64,000 nt of DNA from an uncultured Chlamydiae bacterium (GTDB lineage: Bacteria > Chlamydiota > Chlamydiia > Chlamydiales > JAJFMA01): the NCBI GenBank assembly GCA_963713615.1, contig CAVQMM010000001.1:1472001-1536000 (forward strand), read 5' to 3'. Shown here in pieces: positions 54,329 through 64,000 of the stretch. Position numbers and translations under genes: made by a program. Position 1 is the first letter of the stretch, and the number at the start of each line of letters is the position of its first letter. Under the pieces are notes generated by a model. The model did no database searches. It was given only the letters and a program-made list of their open reading frames with translations, and was not told where the DNA came from.

Positions 54329-54441
54329 ACGCGTATAGGGAAAATCTAGAACTTTACTTTTGCTGACTTTTCACAACCAGGATACGAGCCAAAGGGATTT
54401 TTATCCATCGCTATTCACCATTTGTACAGGCCGTTTATTTG

Positions 54442-54601
54442 GGCCTTATTCACCTTTGCGGTCAGTTTTCGGTCGACTGCAAAAGGATCGTCTGTCGCGT
54501 TTTGCTCCTCGGACATAGCTGGCGCTATGCCCTCGTCACAAACCACGACATCCGACCTTTTTCGTCCGACCGAAATTCTGACCGTAAAGGTGAACAAGGC
54601 C
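54442..54601 (-). mobile_element. 160-bp palindromic MITE, copy D
   Basis: TSD TTTATTTG on both sides, spanning the GNAT stop codon. Confidence 0.92.
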
Positions 54602-54602
54602 T

Positions 54603-55322
54603 TTATTTGTTATAGAGAAAAAATTCGAGATCTTGTTTTGCCCTTAGCCATTCGTTGTCTAGCATGCGAAACCAGGCTGTATCTCGATTGCAGCCCTTAG
54701 CGATCAGATGACTTTCTTGGATGCCTTCAAACTTAAAACCCATGCGCAAGGCTGCTTGACGCGACCGTTCATTGAGTGAGTGACACTTCCATTCAACACG
54801 GCGATAACCTAATTCAAAGCAATGCTTTAGCATCAAATAAGTCGCTTCGGTATTAGCAGGCGTTTTCTGGACTACCGGACTATACCAAATGCCCCCCAAT
54901 TCTATTTTCAGATGATAAGGGACGTTATTCAAGAAATTGGCCACGCCTACCTGCAAGCCTGTAGCGATGTTGAACACACACATACAACGCCCATTGGGCA
55001 CATCGACTTGAGATTGCAGACTAGTAGCAAGCTCTTCGGTATTTTTAAAAGGACCATCAAACATATAACGCCAGATCAAGGCATCAGCATCATAGCTGTC
55101 GATGCGTTGTTGTCCTAGTGTGATAGGGGTTCCATTGGAGATGTCAAAAAGCGGCTCGGCATCTCTTGACGTTACTAGTGGCTCAAGGCGGACATATTTT
55201 CCTAATAGCGTGACTGGATTTGGCTTTTCAGGTAGCAGCGTTCGCCTCTCAAGAGTAGCATCGGTTAGCTTTGGCAAAGGCAGTTTTTCTTTCATCGGAC
55301 TTTCCACATTAAAACTCTTCAT
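54603..55322 (-). CDS. GNAT acetyltransferase (RimJ/RimL type)
   Basis: IELGGIWYS, LGYRRVEWKC..LNERS..AA.RMGF.FEG, RDTAWF. Confidence 0.9.
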   Translation of the reverse strand: MKSFNVESPMKEKLPLPKLTDATLERRTLLPEKPNPVTLLGKYVRLEPLVTSRDAEPLFDISNGTPITLGQQRIDSYDADALIWRYMFDGPFKNTEELATSLQSQVDVPNGRCMCVFNIATGLQVGVANFLNNVPYHLKIELGGIWYSPVVQKTPANTEATYLMLKHCFELGYRRVEWKCHSLNERSRQAALRMGFKFEGIQESHLIAKGCNRDTAWFRMLDNEWLRAKQDLEFFLYNK

Positions 55323-56024
55323 AGACTGCCACCACCATCCACACAGAGCGTTTGCCCAGTGATGAAGCCAGCATCCTCAGAGAGCAAAAATGCAATTGCA
55401 GCAGCTACTTCTTGAGGTTGCCCCACTCGCCCCATCGGGATACATGTCAAAAGCTCTTTTTCTGCCTGGCTACCTGCAGGGCGGATCGCACGGAACATTG
55501 CTGTTTCAATGGGACCAGGGGCTACCGCATTAACAGTAATACCAAACGCAGCTAATTCTAGCGCCCACAGACGAGTGCAGCCAATTAAAGCGCTTTTAGC
55601 CGCTGCGTAACTAGTGCGACCAGGAGCGCCAAAAATGACTCTAGAAGCGAGATTAACAATGCGTCCCCAATTCTGTTCCTTCATCTTATCTACAAGTCCT
55701 TGGGTCATTTGAACTGCCGTGCGAACGTTGATATCATACAGGTTCGTAAGGAGTCTAGGTCGATAGACCCCAAAGGTTGAGGTCCTCCCGCTCCTACATT
55801 GTTGATCAGTGCCCCTATGTGATATTGGGCTGACAGTATCTTGATAAGGCTTTCAGTTTCCTTTTCACTGCTCAAATCGCAAGAAAAAAATCACCAGGGA
55901 ATATTTCTTCCGGCTTTCCGCGGGCGATGCCAATCACGTGATAACCACCATGTGCTAGTCGTTGGCTTGTAGCTAAGCCAATACCCCTTGAAGCTCCTGT
56001 AATAACAACCGTTTTCTTTTCCAT
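55319..56024 (-). CDS. SDR oxidoreductase (frameshifted)
   Basis: TGASRGIG at the 5' end; YAAAK and VNAVAPG in ORF 55319-55708. Confidence 0.85.
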
Positions 56025-56066
56025 GCTATTTCCGTCTCCTTCGAACTAATGCATCATCAATCGTCA

Positions 56067-56200
56067 CTCGGCGCAATTTCCTATGTGGCGCAGTCATTCC
56101 ATGCATGGAATGACTGCGCCACCTAGGAGGCCTTATTACTTTCGGATATTGGCGACGCAGTCGGTTGGGGCTCCAAAGCGCTGCGCCGAGATCCGATTGT
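56067..56200. repeat. palindromic repeat family B
   Basis: TGGCGCAGTCATTCCATGCATGGAATGACTGCGCCA palindrome plus the shared tail. Confidence 0.75.
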
Positions 56201-56261
56201 GAGTTATGAATGCCAAGAGGCATAAATAGCAGTCTTTCAAGCCTAACAGTGGTCGTAAATT

Positions 56262-56417
56262 TCAAACCCTTCCTAACAACCACAAAATGAGGACAATAAT
56301 TAAGACTGTTCCCAACAATCCGCTGGGACCATATCCCCAACCAGCACTATGCGGCCATGTGGGGAAAGCGCCAATAAGCAACAAGATCAGGACAACAATT
56401 AATACTGTACCTAGCAT
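56262..56417 (-). CDS. DUF3309 family small membrane protein
   Basis: LLLIGA.PTWPHS..WGYGPSG. Confidence 0.85.
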   Translation of the reverse strand: MLGTVLIVVLILLLIGAFPTWPHSAGWGYGPSGLLGTVLIIVLILWLLGRV

Positions 56418-56801
56418 GGTTTCTCCTTTAAAAATTGTTGTAGACAATGGCTACATTAATCCAAGCATTTACAGAACATGGCCCTAGGAATATGTTCTAG
56501 CGTTTCATGACATCTATCCGTTTTTTTGGTACCCCTTAATGGATCAAGACTTCCAACCTGGTGTGATAAATTCTTCATATTGTACCAAACAAAAGAATGT
56601 CAATCAGTATATCAAGGCATCAAAACATTTTCGTTCACATTGACTAGCTATCCGAAGCTACCACGAATGCGACTATACCACGCTCGGTATACCTAAAACG
56701 GATCTTACCCTCCGGCAGTTATTGGCACATTAAATTGCCAATTATTATTTTGAATGACATGGTTGGATTGATGAGTGCACTCGTCCAACACAAAAGGAAC
56801 C

Positions 56802-59177
56802 ATGAAGACAAAAACCCTTTCTCCAGAGCAACTTGAAAAGATGAATGCTTACTGGCGAGCTGCTAACTATCTGTCTGTGGGCCAGATTTATCTCTATGAT
56901 AATCCTTTGCTTAAGCGGCAACTGTTGTTGTCTGACGTTAAGCCATTAGTTGTCGGGCATTGGGGAACGACGCCAGGCCAGAATTTCATCTATGTGCATT
57001 TGAACCGAGTCATTAAGAAGTATGACTTGGATATGTTTTACATCGCCGGTCCCGGGCACGGCGGTCCTGCCCTGGTAGCTAATACTTATCTAGAAGGTAC
57101 CTATAGTGAGATTTATCAGGATATCAGCCAAGACGAACCTGGATTAAAAAAATTATTCAAGCAATTCTCGTTTCCCGGAGGGATATCCAGTCATGTTGGA
57201 CCAACAACACCAGGATCGATTCACGAGGGAGGCGAGCTTGGTTATTCACTCAGCCATGCCTTCGGGGCAGCTTTCGACAATCCAGATCTTATTGTCGCCT
57301 GTGTTATCGGCGATGGTGAAGCAGAAACGGGTCCTTTAGCGACCGCTTGGCAATCCAACAAATTTCTCAATCCAATTATGGATGGAGCTGTGCTACCGAT
57401 CCTGCACCTCAATGGATATAAGATTAGCAATCCAACTGTCTTGGCCCGGATCGAGCATGAGGAATTGGAGCAATTCCTTCGAGGCTGTGGCTGGACGCCT
57501 TATTTTGTGGAGGGGGATGAACCGGAGGAGATGCATCAACTCATGGCCGCAACCTTGGAAATAGCCATCGAGGAGGTTCGGTGCATTCAAAAAAATGCAA
57601 GGGATAATCGTAACGCGACCCGACCGCGCTGGCCAATGATCGTCCTCAAGTCGCCCAAAGGATGGACAGGACCGAAGGTAGTCGATGGCCTACAAATTGA
57701 AGGCACTTTTAGAGCTCATCAAGTGCCACTTCTGGTGGACGCCGAACATCCCGATCATGTTACACAACTTGAAAGCTGGCTGAAAAGCTACAAACCACAA
57801 GAACTATTCGATGACAATGGCCGTCTAATTGCGGAATTGGCTGACCTAGCGCCAAAAGGGAACCGACGGATGGGCGCCAATCCCCATACGAATGGTGGCA
57901 GTCTGCTTCGTGACCTACATATGCCCGACTTCCACGTTCATGCAGTGAACGTGTCTTCACCAGGCGCTGTTAATGCGCAGGATACGCTTGTTTTGGGTAA
58001 GTTTCTACGCGACGTGGTCACGTTAAATCAGGATCAGAGTAATTTTCGTATCTTTGGCCCTGATGAAACACTTTCGAATCTCTTAGGCGCTGTTTTTGAA
58101 GCTACCAATCGTCAATGGGACGGCCGAGAAAAAAAGAATGATGAATTTCTCGCACCCGCTGGACGCGTACTCGACTCCATGCTCAGTGAGCACCAGTGTG
58201 AGGGGTGGCTGGAAGGATATCTATTGACCGGGCGGCACGGGTTATTTAACTGCTATGAGGCGTTCATTCACATCGTTGATTCCATGTTCAACCAGCACGC
58301 CAAATGGTTGAAGGTTACAGCGCAACTACCATGGCGGAGGAAGATTGCCTCGTTAAACTATCTTCTAGCCTCTCACGTATGGCAGCAGGATCACAATGGA
58401 TTCACGCACCAAGATCCCGGGTTCCTGGACCATGTTGTGAACAAGAAAGCGGATATCGTGCGTGTTTACCTACCGCCAGATGCCAATTGCCTTCTCTCTG
58501 TAGTCGATCACTGCTTGCGCAGCCGTCATTACGTCAACGTAGTGGTAGCCGGCAAACATGCTCTGCCACAGTGGCTGACCATGGATGCCGCCGTAGTGCA
58601 TTGCACAGAAGGCATTGGCATTTGGCAATGGGCTAGCAATGACCAGGACAGCGGTCCGGACGTGGTGATGGCCTGCTGTGGCGATACTCCCACGTTAGAG
58701 ATTCTGGCTGCCGTCTCTATTCTGCGCGAGCACTTGCCAGATTTGAAAATCCGAGTGATCAATGTCGTCGATCTGATGAAGCTACAGTCAAACAGTGAAC
58801 ACCCGCATGGTTTAGACGACGCTGATTACGATTCACTCTTTACTAAAGATAGGCAAATCATTTTCGGATTCCATGGATATCCATGGCTGATCCACCGGCT
58901 GACTTACCGTCGGACAAATCAGAACCTCCACGTCCGAGGCTATAAGGAAGAAGGAACTGTCACAACGGCCTTCGACATTCGAGTGCAGAATGATCTGGAT
59001 AGGTTCCACTTAGTGCAAGATGTGATCGATCGCCTACCCCATTTAGGTACCAAGGGAGACTATCTGAAGCAGATGGTCCAGAATAAACTCATCGAGCACA
59101 AACTTTACATTAATAAACATGGTCAGGACATGCCTGAAATCCGAAACTGGAAATGGAATGCCTCCAAATGCATGTGA
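56802..59177 (+). CDS. xfp: phosphoketolase, copy 2 (intact)
   Basis: Full-length with all family motifs. Confidence 0.95.
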   Translation: MKTKTLSPEQLEKMNAYWRAANYLSVGQIYLYDNPLLKRQLLLSDVKPLVVGHWGTTPGQNFIYVHLNRVIKKYDLDMFYIAGPGHGGPALVANTYLEGTYSEIYQDISQDEPGLKKLFKQFSFPGGISSHVGPTTPGSIHEGGELGYSLSHAFGAAFDNPDLIVACVIGDGEAETGPLATAWQSNKFLNPIMDGAVLPILHLNGYKISNPTVLARIEHEELEQFLRGCGWTPYFVEGDEPEEMHQLMAATLEIAIEEVRCIQKNARDNRNATRPRWPMIVLKSPKGWTGPKVVDGLQIEGTFRAHQVPLLVDAEHPDHVTQLESWLKSYKPQELFDDNGRLIAELADLAPKGNRRMGANPHTNGGSLLRDLHMPDFHVHAVNVSSPGAVNAQDTLVLGKFLRDVVTLNQDQSNFRIFGPDETLSNLLGAVFEATNRQWDGREKKNDEFLAPAGRVLDSMLSEHQCEGWLEGYLLTGRHGLFNCYEAFIHIVDSMFNQHAKWLKVTAQLPWRRKIASLNYLLASHVWQQDHNGFTHQDPGFLDHVVNKKADIVRVYLPPDANCLLSVVDHCLRSRHYVNVVVAGKHALPQWLTMDAAVVHCTEGIGIWQWASNDQDSGPDVVMACCGDTPTLEILAAVSILREHLPDLKIRVINVVDLMKLQSNSEHPHGLDDADYDSLFTKDRQIIFGFHGYPWLIHRLTYRRTNQNLHVRGYKEEGTVTTAFDIRVQNDLDRFHLVQDVIDRLPHLGTKGDYLKQMVQNKLIEHKLYINKHGQDMPEIRNWKWNASKCM

Positions 59178-59187
59178 GGGCATATCC

Positions 59188-61605
59188 ATGATATCTAAAA
59201 AGGATGATTTGAAATCGCTCCTCTTGCCCGAAGTAGAGAAAAAATTGGAGTCGTCACCAGATGGACTCACTCAAGCCGAGGCGCAGAAACGGCTTACCCA
59301 ATATGGGCCTAATGAGATTGAAGAAAAGAAAGCTAATCCTTTCCTAAAATTCCTATCCTATTTTTGGGGCCCCATTCCATGGATGATCGAAGCTGCCGTG
59401 ATCCTTTCGGCTGTAGCGCGACATTGGCCGGATTTTATCATTATCCTTCTTCTACTTCTGGCCAACGCCACGGTTGGATTTTGGGAAGAATATCAGGCAG
59501 GCAATGCCATTGCTGCGCTAAAGGCCAAGCTCGCGATCAAAGCCAGGGTGAAACGTGATGGGAAGTGGATGACTCCCTCAGCGCGTGAATTGGTACCTGG
59601 AGATGTTATCCGTTTGCGTATGGGCGATATTGTGCCAGCAGATGCGCGCTTGCTAGAGGGTGATCCGCTTGAAGTGGATCAGTCCCTGTTGACAGGAGAG
59701 TCATTGCCCGTCACACGACAATCCGGCGAGGCGGTGTTTTCCGGATCGATCATCCGCCAGGGTGAAATTGGCGCAATGGTCTATGCCACGGGTACAAATA
59801 CTTATTTCGGTAAGACAACACAACTGGTGCAAGAAGCGCACACCGTCAGCCATTTTCAACGCGCGGTATTGAAGATTGGCGATTACTTGATTATCTTAGC
59901 AATACTTCTTGTGGCAGTGATTATTACCGTCGCAATTTTCCGGGGCGATCCGATCCTGACTACGTTGCAATTCGCTCTAGTTTTGACCGTCGCGGCAATT
60001 CCTGTGGCGATGCCGACAGTGATGTCAGTGACGATGGCAGTTGGAGCACGCATACTCGCCAAAAAAGAAGCGATTGTGAGTAAGCTAGTTGCCATCGAGG
60101 AATTGGCTGGTGTGGACGTTCTGTGCGTAGACAAGACAGGCACCCTAACCCAAAATAAACTGAAGTTGGGTGAACCGTTCACTGTGAACAATGTGTCTGC
60201 CGATCAAGTCATCCTGTATGCCGCGCTAGCATCGCGCACGGATGATAACGATACCATTGATTTGGCTGTTCTGAGTGGATTGAAAAACAGTGAACAATTA
60301 AAAGATTATTCTATAGTTCATTTTCAGCCATTCGACCCGGTGCACAAATACACTGAAGCTACCGTCAAAAACGGAAACGGAAAAACGTTTAAAGTGATGA
60401 AGGGCGCTCCGCAAGTGCTTTTGAAACTATCATCCAATGCCACTCAAATACAGCCAGCCATCGAGAAAGCGATCAACGAATTTGCAGCGCGCGGCTTTCG
60501 TTCATTGGGTGTGGCGCAAACCGATGAAGCAGGCTCATGGCGGTTTCTTGGTGTATTGCCTCTGTTCGATCCGCCACGGGAAGACGCAAAGGCTACTATC
60601 GCGACGGCACGCGAGATGGGCGTGACGGTTAAAATGGTGACCGGCGATCAATTGGCCATCGCCCAGGAAACCGCCAAGAAATTAGGGATGGGCATAGATA
60701 TTCTCGATGCCAGGGCTCTAGGTAATGTCGAACATCAAGAGACTGCGGAGGTGATCGATTCCATAGAGAAAGCTGACGGTTTCGCTCAGGTCTTTCCCGA
60801 ACATAAGTTCCATATTGTGGATGTCCTGCAAAAACACGGCCATATCGTTGGCATGACGGGTGATGGGGTGAATGACGCTCCGGCATTGAAGAAAGCCGAC
60901 TGTGGCATTGCTGTTTCTAATGCGACTGATGCGGCGCGCGTGGCAGCATCCATCGTATTGCTTACTCCGGGTCTTTCGGTGATTATTGATGCGATCAAGG
61001 AGAGTCGGAAAATTTTCCAGAGAATGAATAGTTACGCAATCTACCGCATTGCCGAGACGTTGGGTATCCTGTTCTTCATGACATTATCAATCCTAGTATT
61101 TAACTTCTATCCCGTAACTGCTGTCATGATCGTGATGCTTGCATTACTAAACGATGGCGCGATCCTATCCATTGCGTATGACAATGTCCACTACTCGAAC
61201 AAGCCCGAAACTTGGAATATGCCTCTTGTGCTAGAGATAGCCACCGCTATAAGCATTATTGGGGTCATGGACTCATTTGGTTTGTTTTATCTTGGTGAAC
61301 GTATCTTTCATCTCGACCGTGCGATCATCCAGACGCTAATCTACTTAAAGCTTTCTGTGGCGGGACACTTGAAAATTTTCATTACACGTACACGCGGCCC
61401 ATTCTGGTCCATTCGTCCTGCACGGATTCTGCTAGTGGCTGTATTTGGCACGCAAATCCTGGCAACTCTGGTCGCGGTTTACGGATTGTTGATGCCGCCA
61501 ATCGGCTGGGGTTGGGCTCTCGTGGTATGGGGCTATTCTTTGGTGTGGTTTCTCATCAACGACCGTGTGAAATTACTTGCGTATAGGATTCTCGATAATA
61601 AGTGA
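59188..61605 (+). CDS. plasma-membrane-type (P3A) proton-efflux ATPase
   Basis: WGPIPWMIE, DKTGT, KGAP, FDPPR, GDGVNDAPALKKA, LLNDG. Confidence 0.92.
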   Translation: MISKKDDLKSLLLPEVEKKLESSPDGLTQAEAQKRLTQYGPNEIEEKKANPFLKFLSYFWGPIPWMIEAAVILSAVARHWPDFIIILLLLLANATVGFWEEYQAGNAIAALKAKLAIKARVKRDGKWMTPSARELVPGDVIRLRMGDIVPADARLLEGDPLEVDQSLLTGESLPVTRQSGEAVFSGSIIRQGEIGAMVYATGTNTYFGKTTQLVQEAHTVSHFQRAVLKIGDYLIILAILLVAVIITVAIFRGDPILTTLQFALVLTVAAIPVAMPTVMSVTMAVGARILAKKEAIVSKLVAIEELAGVDVLCVDKTGTLTQNKLKLGEPFTVNNVSADQVILYAALASRTDDNDTIDLAVLSGLKNSEQLKDYSIVHFQPFDPVHKYTEATVKNGNGKTFKVMKGAPQVLLKLSSNATQIQPAIEKAINEFAARGFRSLGVAQTDEAGSWRFLGVLPLFDPPREDAKATIATAREMGVTVKMVTGDQLAIAQETAKKLGMGIDILDARALGNVEHQETAEVIDSIEKADGFAQVFPEHKFHIVDVLQKHGHIVGMTGDGVNDAPALKKADCGIAVSNATDAARVAASIVLLTPGLSVIIDAIKESRKIFQRMNSYAIYRIAETLGILFFMTLSILVFNFYPVTAVMIVMLALLNDGAILSIAYDNVHYSNKPETWNMPLVLEIATAISIIGVMDSFGLFYLGERIFHLDRAIIQTLIYLKLSVAGHLKIFITRTRGPFWSIRPARILLVAVFGTQILATLVAVYGLLMPPIGWGWALVVWGYSLVWFLINDRVKLLAYRILDNK

Positions 61606-61641
61606 TACTTAGTAAAATTCAGACATAGAAAGGTTTGCATT

Positions 61642-64000
61642 ATGAGTACTGTGCCACCTGATAAGGAGCCCACCTTCTGGCAGCGAAATTTGACAGACTT
61701 GTTAGAATTTTATAAGGCAAACTCAAGCGGGCTGACAAGCAGCGAGGCCGCTGAACGCCTCACACGCTATGGCCCCAATCTATTTCATCCACAGCGAAGA
61801 AACATATTGCTGTTTCAGTTTCTGTCCAAGTTTAGCAATCCGCTTGTCATCATTCTGCTTGCAGCCAGCGCTGTATCAGCTCTTACCGGTGATGTGGCTA
61901 GCTTTGTCATCATTTCGCTCATTGTCCTCATGAGCGTCACACTGGATTTTGTTCAGGAATATAGGGCTGGTAAGGAGGCAGAAAAGTTACGTCAATCAGT
62001 AACAGTGCATGTGCAGGCGCTGCGAGATGGAAAATCTCAGGAGATTCCCCTTGCTTCACTTGTTCCTGGAGATGTTGTGTTACTTGCTGCCGGTGACCTG
62101 GTCCCTGCTGATGGACGCATATTGGAAGCAAAGGATTTTTTTGTGAATCAGGCCCTTCTAACTGGAGAACCTTATCCTGTCGAGAAGAAACCTGGCGAAT
62201 TACCCAATGAAGGCCGAGATCCTATCAGCTAGCAATACGGTGCTAAGGGGGACTTCGATCATTAGCGGAACGGCAAAAGTGTTCATTTGCAATACCGGTG
62301 CAAATACAGTCCTTGGTGATATTGCTGACAGCCTTATTGCCAAAGCCTCCTCCTACTGCATTTGAACAAGGAACTCGTAGCTTCGGGCTACTTATTATGC
62401 GTTTTACAATCTTTCTTGTCCTGTTTGTTATTCTAGTCAATGCATTCTTCCACAGACCATGGCTCGAATCCTTTATCTTTGCGGTAGCACTCGCGGTCGG
62501 ACTAACTCCGGAACTCCTTCCCATGATCGTTTCAGTGACTCTTGCCCGGGGAGCACAGCGCATGGCAGCTAAAAAAGTCATTGTTAAGCAGCTTGCTTCC
62601 ATACAAAACCTGGGAAGTATGGATGTGCTTTGCACAGATAAGACCGGCACGTTAACTGAAGCGCGTATTCATTTGGAACGCCATATCGACAGCCGCGGAC
62701 GCGATAGCAACAGGGTTTTAGAGTTGGCTTATCTGAATAGTTTTTTTGAAACGGGTTTGAAAAGTCCCTTGGATGATGCGATCCTGGAACATAAAGATAT
62801 TGATATGACTGGCTGGCGAAAAATTGACGAGGTTCCTTTTGATTTTGAACGCCGCCGGGTTTCGGTGTTGGTTGATAATGGACAGAAAAGAATGCTCGTG
62901 ATCAAAGGGGCTCCTGAAGATATCTTGCGTCTTTGCACAAGTTATGAAGGGGAAAGCGAGACTGATCTGCATCCTTTGGATGATGCGGCGATGGCCACCG
63001 CGTGCGAGCACTATTTGATTCTCTAGGAAGGGAGGGATTCCGAGTCCTCGGAGTTGCCTGGCGTCAGGAAGAAACCAATTGTCCCCATATCGTTGTGGGT
63101 GATGAGGCAAAACTTGTTTTTTCAGGATTCGCCGCTTTTCTTGATCCACCTAAAGAGAGTGCAAAGAAGGCTTTAGCGGACCTTGCTGCCAGCGGCGTTT
63201 CTGTGAAAATCGTAACCGGTGATAATGAACTTGTTACGGAACATATTTGTGGACAGTTGGAACTGCCAATTACCGGGATTTTAGATGGGCGCAGATATCC
63301 TGAAAATGGATGATCAGGCCTTAGTGGGTGCAGGTGGAAAATGTTAATTTATTTTGTCGAGTCACTCCTACCCAGAAAAATCGGATCATTCTAGCCTTAA
63401 AGAAGCGCGGTCATACTGTCGGATATCTTGGAGATGGGATTAATGATGCTCCATCACTCCACTCAGCAGATATCGGCATTTCTGTAGATAGCGCGGTTGA
63501 TGTCGCTAAAGAAGCAGCAGAAATGATCCTGTTAGAACATGACTTAGGTGTTCTCCAAAATGGGGTCATTGAGGGGCGGCGTACCTTTGGCAACATTATG
63601 AAGTATATCATGATGGGGACCAGTTCCAATTTCGGCAACATGTTCAGCATGGCAGGTGGATCTTTGTTCCTTCCCTTTCTTCCCATGCTTCCCACACAGA
63701 TTTTGCTAAACAACATGCTTTATGATATATCTGAAGTCCCAATCCCACTGGACAATGTCGACGAAGAATATCTGGTGCGCCCCAGGCAATGGGACATTAA
63801 CTTTGTTCGCAAGTTCATGCTGATCATTGGCCCGATCAGTTCCATTTTTGATTTTCTGACCTTTTTTGTGATGATCAAAGTTTTTCAAGCTGGAGAGGCT
63901 CTTTTTCATACAGGCTGGTTCATCGAGTCATTGGCAACCCAGGTACTTGTCATCTTCGTAATCCGCACGCGCAAGAATCCCCTAAAAAGTCGCCCCAATC
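61642..64000 (+). CDS. mgtA: magnesium-translocating P-type ATPase (several frameshifts, runs off the window)
   Basis: AVGLTPELLP, DKTGTLT, PFDFERRR, DPPK, GDGINDA, SSNFGN.FS. Confidence 0.9.

Noticed and set aside
61642..64000. Split multi-gene ATPase system
   Set aside because: The ORF pieces are colinear parts of one MgtA broken by indels
1..64000. tRNA or rRNA genes and classical integron attC/intI
   Set aside because: None recognised by eye; tRNAscan-SE and IntegronFinder would be needed to exclude them formally

Overview
Accessory, heavily rearranged 64 kb window, probably from an environmental Chlamydiota-like bacterium (inferred from the glgC type, a Pmp/autotransporter-like fragment and several beta-barrel families; not verified). 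It holds two diverged copies of a sugar-phosphate/fermentation island. Copy 1 (2.3-11 kb) is glgC-HAD-ackA-xfp-fba-tpiA-P3A H+-ATPase. Copy 2 is split into fba-pgi at 42-44.6 kb and xfp-H+-ATPase-mgtA at 56.8-64 kb. Between them is a mosaic of stand-alone genes, gene fragments, an intact ISL3, a decayed IS66-like element and many small non-autonomous repeats. Main observations: (1) a stuttered hairpin motif, GGCT(A/G)GGGGTCAG(GCC/ACG)TGAC, sits at about 15 gene truncation or cassette junctions, with a probable Y1/HUH transposase C-terminal fragment between two clusters, suggesting a site-specific gene-shuffling system; (2) a 160-bp palindromic MITE occurs five times, four with exact 8-bp TSDs (160+8 = 56 codons), one inserted frame-preservingly into a NUDIX gene; (3) nested composite MITEs carry the ISL3 terminal repeat, in compact and expanded forms; (4) a DUF3800 gene is followed by a putative structured RNA; (5) candidate exported enzymes or effectors include a sirtuin, a CheD-like deamidase, a trypsin with tandem unknown domains, and a Cys-rich protein with a redox partner. 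Many isolated single-base frameshifts look like long-read errors, so pseudogene and fusion calls are tentative.
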